Shown here in pieces: positions 23,101 through 35,100 of a stretch of 45,586 nt of DNA (positions are counted from its first letter, which is position 1; each line of letters opens with the position of its first letter). The stretch covers positions 21,103 to 66,688 of the forward strand of contig NMRA01000910.1 of NCBI GenBank assembly GCA_002633005.1. Reading direction: 5' to 3'. Made by a program: the position numbers and the translations under genes. Source of the DNA: Phoronis australis (Eukaryota; Animalia; Phoronida). The notes beneath the pieces were generated by a model. That model ran no database searches, had not been told where the DNA came from, and was given only the letters and a program-made list of their open reading frames with translations.

Positions 23101-26100
23101 ATATGTAAACAGTGGGTCGCCACTACTAATGTAAATGTTAGGCCAACACCATTCAATATGGAACACCAATCAAACGTACAACGCTATCTAATCACCCATG
23201 TAAAGAGAAGCCACAACTGCAAATGTTAATGTTAGGATACCACCACCCACAAATCAAGCATTCTTCCATGGCAAAGACAGTTACCTGACTTGCGCCTGTC
23301 GTAATGAACACGTTCATTCTTGTACCACTGCAGGGTCGCCACCCGTGTTCGTTGCGATCGTCTCACACCATCTGGTGCCTCACTCGGATAAACTGTAATT
23401 TTGGACAGAAAATACAACAAGGTCTCGTAGAGAAGAATGGACGAATTACCTAAAGGCCTCTAACCACAATTACAGCCAGGGGTACTTTCAAGGAATGTGA
23501 ATCTAGGCAGAGGTAATCTTTACAAGAAAGAAGATGTCTGATATCTAAGTAATAATAAGACAAAAATAGCAGTGACTAGATACCTAACAACAGCTTACAG
23601 TTCTTAGAGAAATAATACACATGTAATGTGTATACTTGTAGTTGTACTCAGCATATCTTTAAGTTCAAAGCGAGTAAGGTTCATCACCAGTGATAATAAA
23701 GTTATCCAATGAGATGAACAGATATGCTACTTAAAGCCCCGTTTTATACCCTACCATCGCATAACAATGAGCATAGTACTTGAACTGTTTTGAAAAACGC
23801 TTGTCTTAAGGGTGGTGCCTAGCAGTAAAAAATAGCAGATGTAGACGCTGGTATTGGCCAATAGTGAAATATATCTAATGAACACAGAAAACTCTGGAAC
23901 CCCAACAGGGAATCGAATCACAGGTCTCTAGATTGCCGGTCTAGAGCTCTTACCACTAAGCTACTGAGGACCCGATATCTGTGCGGTTACTGTTGCACCC
24001 AACTGTTATGTCATCCACGGATGCACCGACATCGGGTCCCAAGTCGCTCAGAGGTAAGAACACTAGACCGGCAACCTGGTAAAAATTAGCAGATGGGACC
24101 ACTTCGGTTATAAGAACTCCTTCTTCAGCTTGAAATTTGTAGTTGTAACCATGTATATTTTCAAACCCTCTGATGACAAATAGGAAATTTTTTCTGTGTC
24201 ATAATGTATAGCAATATTCATATAACAATATTAGTACATGGATCCGACTCTGACACATATTTTACAGTTAATCCATGAGTCAAGCTCCACAGGTAGTAAT
24301 TGTAATTTTCCATGAATTTCACTTCACACACAGAGCAGACGTTACATGCTTGTTCCTATGCAAACCTAAGTGTGCTATGAACTCGCGACAGGACTCGCAA
24401 AATGTGGGTTCTTTTTTTATTCGTGTTATGAAAACCTTGAATTAGTTTTCACTCTTTTTTCATTTTCCATGATTCTTATATCCAAGGAAACTGTTTTTGT
24501 CATTTCCCATTCTTACCAAGCATTTATGAAGATCAAGAGTCTTGTGTCAACCAGATTTCATGGTTCATTCAAAATGTTAAACAAGAAATTCAAGGACTTT
24601 CAAGGACTTTCAAGGATAATTTAGGCCATACTCAATGCAAATTCAAGGCTACTTATTGCGTACAACAGTGTGTGTGTGTGGGTGTGTGTGTGTGTGTGTG
24701 TGCACAAACACCCCCTCCCCTTTGCAACTGGGAATTATCTTTAAAAGAGGGAACCAAATTGTAAAACTTGCATAAAATGTGCATCAAGAACATCAGATGC
24801 ACTTCATGATCACATAAAATATGTTTTTACAGCAATAAAAATCAAAATGGCAGAATATAGCCACTTATAATTAAGGTCTTTCAAATATTTTGAAGGCTAA
24901 AAGCTGAAATTCAAGGGCTTTTAAAGGTCAAGATTACATTCATGGACTATTCACTCTAACCTCGAGGGATTTTCAAGACAGCACGACTCATGACCTACAT
25001 CAACCACTCGGCATTTCAGTTTCTATTTTTCAGCTTGGTGATATCCATTCAAATATTATGAACCAACATTGCAGACACTATGTGCCCGAATTTTGAGAAC
25101 CAGTTTTCTCCACTAAATAACGGACATCAAACTGGTTCTCAAATTACGGGCACTTTATATCAGACTAGTGCCAACATTACAAGCAACACTAACATATTTT
25201 GCATTTCTTGCGTTCCGTGTCTGGTTTAGTGATAGGTACTGGTGTCTGGCTGGTTGTCACTTCAAAGAAATGTTTGGGGCTGGATGCTGTCAGATCTGCA
25301 GCGGCGCTGGACGATAAACGGTTGGTTTCCTGCGGTGTTTGGTGCACCGTGTGATCACGGATTAGCATGTCGGATGGGCGACTTCGGGTGGTCCTCTTTT
25401 TCAGTATTGAGCGTGGGGCAGAAGCTGAAAAGATGAAATAAGAAAGTCGATCATTACAGCAGCATAGGCAGCAAGAGGTTGTAGGTCATTGAGCGTGCTC
25501 ACACTCAACGACAAACTTCACAAGAAACTTAACATATGAAATGTGTGCCAGTTAAATCTCAGATATGACGGTCTGAGCTGTGACTGGGCGCATGACCTTT
25601 GATGAAACGGGTACCAAAGAACAGCTGGCATTAATGTATCGCAGTTGCGCTATAATAATTGCGATATCACCATAATCATAAATCGAATAGCATTAAGATT
25701 AATGAGTTTTAATGAAAAACTTCAGAACCATTGCCAGGACATTGCTTCGCAGCAATTAAGTACATGCTAAGACAAACTCAGCCAAATACCCTGTCATGAT
25801 GGCTGAGTGAAAGCAGAGCTCAGCATCAGAGAAGCTAGAATTCCCTGTCGTGACAGGGAAAACTGTATTTTGTCTGATTTTTTGACGTGCACTGTGCCAG
25901 TGAAATAACACTACCAGAATGCAAATGTTCAATGTTGATAGAACTGATGGACTTACAAGAATTTCCAACTTACATACAGCTAGATACAACTAACATCTCA
26001 GATTCTGGAAAGATAGCTTAAAACTCCAAGAGTTTTCCAGGACATCTTACCAAATTTTCCATGACTTCCAAAAAGATCACACAATTCCAGGCCACCATTT

Positions 26101-29100
26101 TCAGAATTTTTAAAAAATATTGATGTAGAAAACTTGCATACATTCCCTACAACTGAACAAATTCCCATGGGTACGATAGTTCCAACATTGATTTTCAGCC
26201 CTCCAGATAAAAAGTGGAATTACGTCCCATTCAGGATAAAATCTAGCTGTATCCAACTCATGATGCGAGTTTAACCATATTCCAGTAAGTATGTATAATT
26301 GCACATTCCAACATCAGCATTACCTGGTGTGCTGGCCAGTCTGACTGGAGTAGCCTCTGCCAACTCTGGGCTGGGGTTTTCATCATCACCTCTCTGGGTA
26401 AACTCAGGGCTCAAGCTCCTTCGTTTCCCAGATGATCCTGGAAATTGACAATTGTCAGCCATTACAAATTCTCAAGTCAACATAATTATGCTATTATTTT
26501 CTAAACAAAAANNNNNNNNNNNNNNNNNNNNNNNNNNNNNNNNNNNNNNNNNNNNNNNNNNNNNNNNNNNNNNNNNNNNNNNNNNNNNNNNNNNNNNNNN
26601 NNNNNNNNNNNNNNNNNNNNNNNNNNNNNNNNNNNNNNNNNNNNNNNNNNNNNNNNNNNNNNNNNNNNNNNNNNNNNNNNNNNNNNNNNNNNNNNNNNNN
26701 NNNNNNNNNNNNNNNNNNNNNNNNNNNNNNNNNNNNNNNNNNNNNNNNNNNNNNNNNNNNNNNNNNNNNNNNNNNNNNNNNNNNNNNNNNNNNNNNNNNN
26801 NNNNNNNNNNNNNNNNNNNNNNNNNNNNNNNCAAAAAAACTGAGATGGCAAAAATGTTGTTCACTATACAGCAACATCATTCAAGCATTCCATGTTAGAT
26901 TCCCAATGACCCACATTCCTGTAAAAAAGGCTGAATATAAGATTTACAACCACATGAAAATTACACACAACTACAGAGTGGATTTTTTAGAAAATGCAAA
27001 TAAACTGCACTCACTTTTTAATTTTCTAACATGAAGCTATGGTATATCCATCTGAAAAGAACTTACTCGTGACTGGAGTTAAGTGATAAGATCTGTGATC
27101 TTCTTCAGTGTCGCTTGCGGTCATAGTGAACTTAACACTTTGTCTTCGACCTGGTGACTTTGAAGGGCTTGGTGAGACTGATGACCTTTTAACCGTTTCT
27201 TGAAAAGAGATTCTGAAGTTTCAATCTCAATTTTATGCCAAGCATCTTTTTATGGTTGGCGCACACTACCTAGATGCTATAGAAATAGATCGGACAGCTC
27301 AGCTGTAACGCTGAACTACGGAAAAAATTAGGCAAACATGCAAGATACATGCCGCTTCAAATATACAAAAGTCTACTATGTAAGAATTAAGAACAATTAT
27401 GTGACAAACTGTGAATGTGATTTATTCATGTGTTAAAAATTCTCAAAGATGCGGTGAAAGTTACAAGGGCAATAAACCAGCACCTTCAGTCAAAAACCAC
27501 TTCTGATTTCCAAAAGGCTTGTTAAGCAGAAGCACAATCAAACATTTAACGAATAGCAAAATAGTACACAACTTCATTTTCCTGACATGTTTCGAGGTCC
27601 ACTCCTCATTACCATACTTAAACTTAAGGAGGCGTTGTATATTCATTGCAGATTCCCTGAATGCGGAAGTGCACCACCTTAGTCTCACATTGTTTTGAGG
27701 GTATTGCCTAGATTAGACGCTCGTTTACCCTTGTGTTACCTAGATTAGATGCTTGTTTACCCTTGAGTTACCTAGATTAGATGCTTGTTTACCCTTGTTT
27801 TACCTAGATTAGATGCTTGTTTACCCTTGCGTTACCTAGATTAGATGCTTGTTTACCCTTGCGTTACCTAGATTAGATGCTTGTTTACCCTTGGATATTC
27901 ACAATTCACGATTTTCAAAGTTGGTGTTTTGTGCAACAGGCCTGACCTCTAAGACCCATGCACGTCAAATTAAGTTACTTCTTATGACAGGTTAGAGCCA
28001 GTTGCCATGGTAGCAGTATGGCTGTCAAGATAATTCTAGGTGTTTTATTGTAAATTTTAATTCAAATATAGGATTAGAATGTGACAACATTGTTTTTGAT
28101 GACCAAAACATTTTTAACACCAAAACACAGTTGTAACAGCATTAACAACAACTCACTGTTCACAGCAGGGGTTTTACGGTAGACCCGTTTTTCAAGCCTT
28201 TCGTCGTCATTACTCTCTGGGGACTGAACCTTTGCGAACTTCACGGACTTCCTGGATTTTGCTTTTGACGTTTCATTCACAGGTGACTCTAACAGTTGAT
28301 CTGAAGACTGTTGAACATCTGCTATAATACAAAACTTATGCAATTCAAGGACTTTGACTTGTTTTATGGAATTAAGAGATTTTAAACAGAATTCAGATGC
28401 ACATACTAGTTCTTATACATGTTTTTTAACATTACTCCTGAAGTTACAAATTTAATTGACTATCAAATTCAACATTTTTGGTTACTAACTAATCAGTTTC
28501 ATAACACCTACCTGTGGGCGTCCTACCACGAGCAACACTGCCCTGCACCTTCCTACTTCTTGGCACACTCCGTTTCACTGGTCCATTACTAGGTGTCTTT
28601 AACTTACGAGCTCTCCCACCAGATGGTGCCCTATCAACAGCTTTATCCTCACTCTTGTTACCAGTGTTCACAAACAGACCACGTGTGAACATTTCAGGCT
28701 CCTCACCATCCTCATCAGGACTAGGATCCTCAAGTAACTTTGCATATGCAGCGGCACGGTCATTTTGCATGCTGCGCGGAGACACCGATGGCCGCTTTAG
28801 AACACTTTTCCGTGATTTCTTTGACGGAGACACATCTTCAACATCCACAGTGTTCTCTTTGGTGGCCACTGCCTGCTGTAAAGATCGTTTCCGCCCGGAC
28901 ATTGTGGCCAGTTTCTTTCCCCTTTTTGTCTCATTACGGATAACAGTCGCCTCTAATGGATTATCGGCATCATTGTTTGCTGTCGTACCGACGTCCGACT
29001 TCCTGGTTGTGGATCGTCTTTTTCTATTGGACTTCAGAGACTGTCTGTGTATTACATCATCATTGGACAAGATCTGATAACTGTCTATGTCTCCATCACC

Positions 29101-32100
29101 GTCTTCACTGAGCTGATCACCACCACCAGTCTCTGGGTCATCCTTACTTTTAGGTGGGCTCAGAGACATGAATTTTGGTGGTGGTAATCCAGGCTAAAAA
29201 TGTCATACTACAGGTTAAATTTGGCACAGCGATTCTATTCTATTGTGAAGCACAGCACCTTGATAATTAGATGTTAATCCCAGATAAAAGCAATATCAAA
29301 GTAAAAATTAAATTTAGCACACAAATCCTATTCGACAATGTAGCGTTTGAGAGTGTAGTGTTTAACATCTAGATACAAATCATGGCAAAGGTGACAGATA
29401 TTGAGCCGTTCACTTATGAGAGTTTTGCTCAGCTGACTCCAGTCTTAGCTGTGGATGTAAAGAGAAGTGTGAAAGAGAACCCCGACATAAAGATCCAACG
29501 AATTCAAAGGCTCTCCAAAGAAAAAAAGCCCAAGACAGAAACTGACAAAAGCAGGTAGAAATTAGAACAATTCACATTAATTTGCACAATTTTAATGCAA
29601 ACAGGTTATGCTTTAACACAAGGGAACAACTTCATTTAAAGCTTGTGTTCAAAATGAGCAAGCTACAGGATTCACTAAAAGTATATCGAAAAAGCCTGTT
29701 GTTTTTACTAATCAAAAGCACCACATGAGATCAACATTAGTAAAACATGACTGACGATAAAATTATTAGTCTGCATATATACCTGTCCACCTGAACTTGT
29801 GTTCTCCAAGAGATTCCTGGAAATAAAAAGCTCTTTATAATACCAGTGGTCCACAACAATTATTGCTCTTGAAGCTGCTATAGGCCCCAATACTGCCAAA
29901 GGTTTTTTTTTTGGCCTACGCTATAAAACTGGTCTCAGCTTGTATTTTATTTGGCTAAGAGGTGTTTTCAAGTTTTTGGAGCAACTGGCAGCTGGTTAGT
30001 GCTGAAGTCCATGCCTGGTACACAAAATGACCAGCCAAATTTGTTGAGCCTGTTTTCAAACAACAAAAACCAAGCCAAGAAATTGCCTCTGATTTGAGTA
30101 AGGAACAAGTCGTGACCAATTTAATAACAGTAAGTTGTTACAAACATTTTGCACGCCACCTGTTGACCACATCACGTGACCTGATGAACATAAGTCATAA
30201 TGACCAACAGGTGGCATGCAGAACAGACTTAAAATGTCTGTGACCTGCATTTCCACCCCGGTTCAAGATTTACACATATATAAACAGTAAGTTGTCTAAA
30301 TCGAAAATTTTTAGACTGAAGGCAGGTTAACCAACTTCAACTTATTAGTCAACTAAAACAGATGTCGCGTGTACTTGCTCAGTTTACCAACAATGCAGTA
30401 TTAATGTAGCAGGCTTCCTTCAGTTAGACAGGATAAATAAGTCTTGCACTGCCAAATTATCAGTATTTACGCTAAAAGGCAAAAGCTATATAAGAGCCTA
30501 AATCCTGATCCAAAGCATCATACATACAAAACTTAAAACCACACACATTTTCCTGTTCAAAAACACCAATAACTATAAGGAGAAAGGTAGAGTATATAAC
30601 TGATAAAGCAGACTACATTTTGGTTCATTTTAATTTGAAGTTGGTGGCAGTTTTCCTTGGTCTTTGGCCAAAAAACAAAGGTGATTCTGGTTTGTGGTAT
30701 TTTGAAAATAGAGTCGGTGGTGCAGTGTCGTTTATAATTACTAACATTCAACAAAAAATCAACCCGAGACGAGCCGAGGTGATACAAGATTTTTTACTCA
30801 TTGCCTAATAAATCATGATGTTTCAAAAATCCCTTATCCTTGGCTACATGCCTTTGAGAGGCTTTTCAAAAAAACGAGACCTCAACTTACACTGATGCCA
30901 GCCAACCTTCTTTTAACACTTTTTTTAGTCAGTGAGGTATCAAAATGAGTCAAAATCAAGACCAGAACCAACTTCGCCTTGTTGGCCTTAAATGACCTTA
31001 GAATCCTCAAGTTCTACCTGTATGGAGTCTTATTCATTAGACAATATTTCTGACACAGCTTTGATGAAGAAATTCAAAAACTTTTGACAGTAATTCAGTG
31101 CATACTCAATGCAAATTCAAATTCAATGTCATTACAGTACAATTTTGTATGCTTAACTCCAAACCCCTTTCACAATTGGGAATATACTTTAAAAAGAGTA
31201 TCAAATTGACAAACATAATCGTATTAATGCATAAAATATAAATGAAGAAAAAAGAATACCACTCGTAATTTGAAAAATATTTTTTTGTAACAATGAAAAT
31301 TGAAATAGCATACACCTACTAATAATAAAAGTATTTCAAATATTTTTAAAGCTAAAAGCTGAAATTCAAGGGCGTTTTAAGGTCAGGATTACTTTCAAGC
31401 ACTACTCAAGGCCAAGGTTCTAAATTCAAGGCCTTTTCAAGACTGTACAAAGCATGTCAGAGGTATTAAATCACACACATGATCTGTCACAGACAGATTA
31501 GACAACAAACTGACACTCAGACACACTGACTTGTTTTGAACAACAACAAATGTGCCGTCCAGATTTTCCTCTTCTGGGCTGTCCTCTATCTCAGGGTTAC
31601 TGGCGCCATCTTCAGGCTCAGGACTGGTCTTCTGCTGAACGGGGACACTCACTGGCTCAGGGGTAACTTCAGATGCCTTCGAGTACGTCAGCCTAAAAGA
31701 TGGAGTTGTACAAAATAGCACCTAAAACTTAATCTACTTAGCATACAATATGCAGAACAAGTGAAATTTCATTTTCCTCAATTTCTCAACAAAAATAAAG
31801 ATTAAGTAATTGTTAGTACGTTATTAGCTTGCTTTGTTCTGTGTGGATGTCATAAAACAATAATTGATAACGTTTCCATTATTGCAACAATGGAAAGATG
31901 GTAAATATTTTTTCACAAAATAGGTGACGGATGACTGTACCTCCATGTTGTACAAAACTAGAAAGCGTTCTCCACCACTAACTTCCCTTATAATGCAATT
32001 CAGCTGTGCAAAAAAAAACCCGGGGCTATCACGATTGACAAGGACAGTGCATTGAACAGATACAACTAATTTGTCATTGACGTGCCATTTAATTAATGTC

Positions 32101-35100
32101 TGACCCCGTTGTCTTCAAAAATCATGTTCATGCAAACACTGGTCAAATGTGTGGTATGCCCTTTTAATATCTACTGACAAATTAGACATCAGGTCAGCAT
32201 TTGTATCATGAGAAGGCTTCATTCCAGTAACTTAACTTCTGGTAAGGCCCTGTTTACCCATCTTTGTAATTGCTCTGAATTTTGCCATTTCGCACGTTAA
32301 TGATTAAAGCATTGTTTTAAATGGTAAAAACACCTCGGAAATACTGAATTGAATACCATTGAGAAAATAACACCAAGCCAAATTACATACAGTACATCAC
32401 TGTACAAGACCTGAAAATTGAAGCCTGCAATCAACCGTGCTAGACAAAACGCAAGAATCAGAGACTTACTACAGGAGACACATTTATGATCGACATATGT
32501 CCCGAATAATAGATTAAATGATACGCGCGTCGCAAGCTCGTTACCAGGGATGAAAAGGAGACGGAGGTAGGCGATATAAGGTCATTTATTATGACTAGTA
32601 CACTTACAATAAAATGAATACAGGTAAATAACGTACAATAGGTAATCTCTGGTAAGATGGGCAATAAAAAAGCGCCGGCCACATGGAAGTACGAGAAAAT
32701 GATGAAAACTGGGAGGTAGAGGGTGGGAAAAATTAATAACTTTTTGAACGTACGACAATGTGGCCGGAACAAAGATGAACTGAAAGCGAGGTTATCATAA
32801 CGAAGAAAACACCCCTAAGGACACATGACAATCATCAGCCTATAAGAGCCAAGAGCTGACCAAACTCGAGGCACGTGATAACAACAGACCAATAGGAAGG
32901 CTGGGAAAACGACGTGTAGTCCTACACAAACACAACAGCACAGCTTATGTCAACAGTGAATGGACAGTGTCACGTAAATGACGTAAAACAACATAAAGGG
33001 CAACTTAAAAAATCACTCCAACTATTCTCTTTATGGCACACATAGACCATGTTTTGTAATGATGTTGCAATGTCCGTACCTTCGATGGGTCTGATAGCCC
33101 CTCATGGCTGAGTTCGACGTTTCTCCCGACTTGTCCCCTTTAGTTATGGATCCGCTCCCCTCTCCCTCCTTAATGATGCCTGCTGGTAAGGCAGGGGCAA
33201 CTGTTGGCCGAGTGGGTGATGGGTCAAGTTTAGACCTAGTCCTGAAAACGAAATACATTTTTTAATTCTGAGTCTTTTCTTCTAATTATTTTTGGCACGT
33301 AGTAGCTGACCAATTTCTGATTAAGGTACAACAGTCAACTTTTACCTGATTAAAATGAACTGGAGTTTTAAATAAATCCATACAAGTGCCTAAAGGCAGT
33401 TTCTAAATGTCGAAATTCAGTTACCATCTCTCACATGTCAAGACGTTGCCACAATTCTCACATCATGAAACTACCGCTCTTCATTTGCGGACTACGGTAG
33501 AAAAACGCCTTGTATGATTGACCTTAGTTTTTGAAATGGAGAGCCACTAACACAATTCTGAACCGAGCTGGACAAGTGAGAATCGTTTTGGCATGCCTCA
33601 CTCAGCTGTTTAAATTTATGTCTGCATTGCCAACTCACTATGCAATAGTAAAACATGCCAGAATGACAAATGGCAAACTAATTTTAATATAAACTAGTTT
33701 TTAGCACAGCAGCAGTGCATGTACAGTTGTGTATCCCGGATGCACAGCATTGTGGGTAAACAGCAGAATCAGAGAGGACACCGTAACATTCCGGAAAGTG
33801 GTAAGTTACATTTCCCCTCAATACGTACACAGATTCCACCGTCACAGTAGTATCCAAGTCATCGCCGTCACCATCAGCAGTCTCATCTTCAAAGTCTGCA
33901 TCAGCTGGCAAGGCGCTGGGCCCAGGTTGACTGTTGTGCTCTGACGGCTCGGCAAACCCCTCGTCTTCTGTCCCTTTAGACCACGTTAACCTGGGGATTA
34001 GAAGACAGAGTTCTGGTACTCGGAAGCTTTCTAGAAAAGGAATCATGAAACGGTACGATTCCAGATTAGCTAGGAAGACACTTTGGTACCGAAGCATGAA
34101 TGCATGATGATTGGTTATGACAACGTAACAGACACATCCTGTCCGCTAAAGAACACATTGTCACATGAATGAGACGTTAATAAAGTTACCTCTTTTTCAT
34201 GTCAAAAGATTTCATTGCGGAGTTGCACTCGTCAGATGGTCTATCCGTCTTGGTCATTGAACCCCCGATGGCCGAGAAGACTTTGGGTAATGGTGTATTT
34301 CCCCCTCCAGCTGAGGAGAAGGGTGAGATGGAGCGAGGTGGGGAGTCCACCTGTAATGATTTAAGAAAAGGTAACAAAGGTGTAGGTAAGTATTCGGGCA
34401 AGTTTAGACAAGCACTGCACGGTGGTAAAATTACCAGAGATCCGATGTGGTTATAACTATCATGAATGACAAGGTACAATTCTAAGCAATAGCCACTTAC
34501 AGGGGTTCCGGATTTTGAGAACCACTTTTATGCCTGTTATTTAGAGGAAACTGGTTCTCAAAACGCGAGACCCCTGTTGGTGACTAATACCCAATGCCAA
34601 CTCATTGACAGATCTACAAACACTACCATAAAGTACAATGCATGCAGCTGTTTCACAACAAAGGTCACGATACAACAGCACATACAAGACATACAACTCT
34701 TTAAGGTTGCGAGAAAACAAAAGCAGCCTCCGCCAAATCCAAGCTCAAATTTCAGAGAACAAGATGGGCACTGTTGATCAGGTTCAAGTACACAAGATGA
34801 CTACAAAAAGAATTTAATAAACGCTGTGGAACCCCACTGCCTTAAATCTTAAACACAGCACACATTAACTGTACATGGCTGTGCACTTTTGTACAAGAAA
34901 TAGGTCATATCTATCAAGCAGGACAATTTACATTCAGGTATGTCCTCGTTACATCAAAAAATTACTATTATTCTTTAAATGCCAGGCGTGTAGTTGTGTT
35001 ATCATACCACACTTTGCCGAATAACCACATTTTACCATCAAAAAACTGCTTATACATTAAACTAACATTACCTTGAAAACTGTGGGTTTTGCAGTGGCTG

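Noticed and set aside
23892-23976. Functional tRNA gene
   Set aside because: The B box is altered (GATTCGA), the acceptor stem is poor and a degenerate inverted copy lies next to it; a SINE-like derivative fits better
26452-26898. Long ORFs rich in X
   Set aside because: Produced by translating the N gap
28514-29077. 187-aa + strand ORF
   Set aside because: Antisense shadow of the large CENP-C exon, with no independent gene signals
30891-31017. Candidate CENP-C exon (...TKKSVKRRLAGIS with a gtaagt donor)
   Set aside because: No acceptor gives the required phase-2 start without a stop; micro-exon 29783-29816 restores frame cleanly
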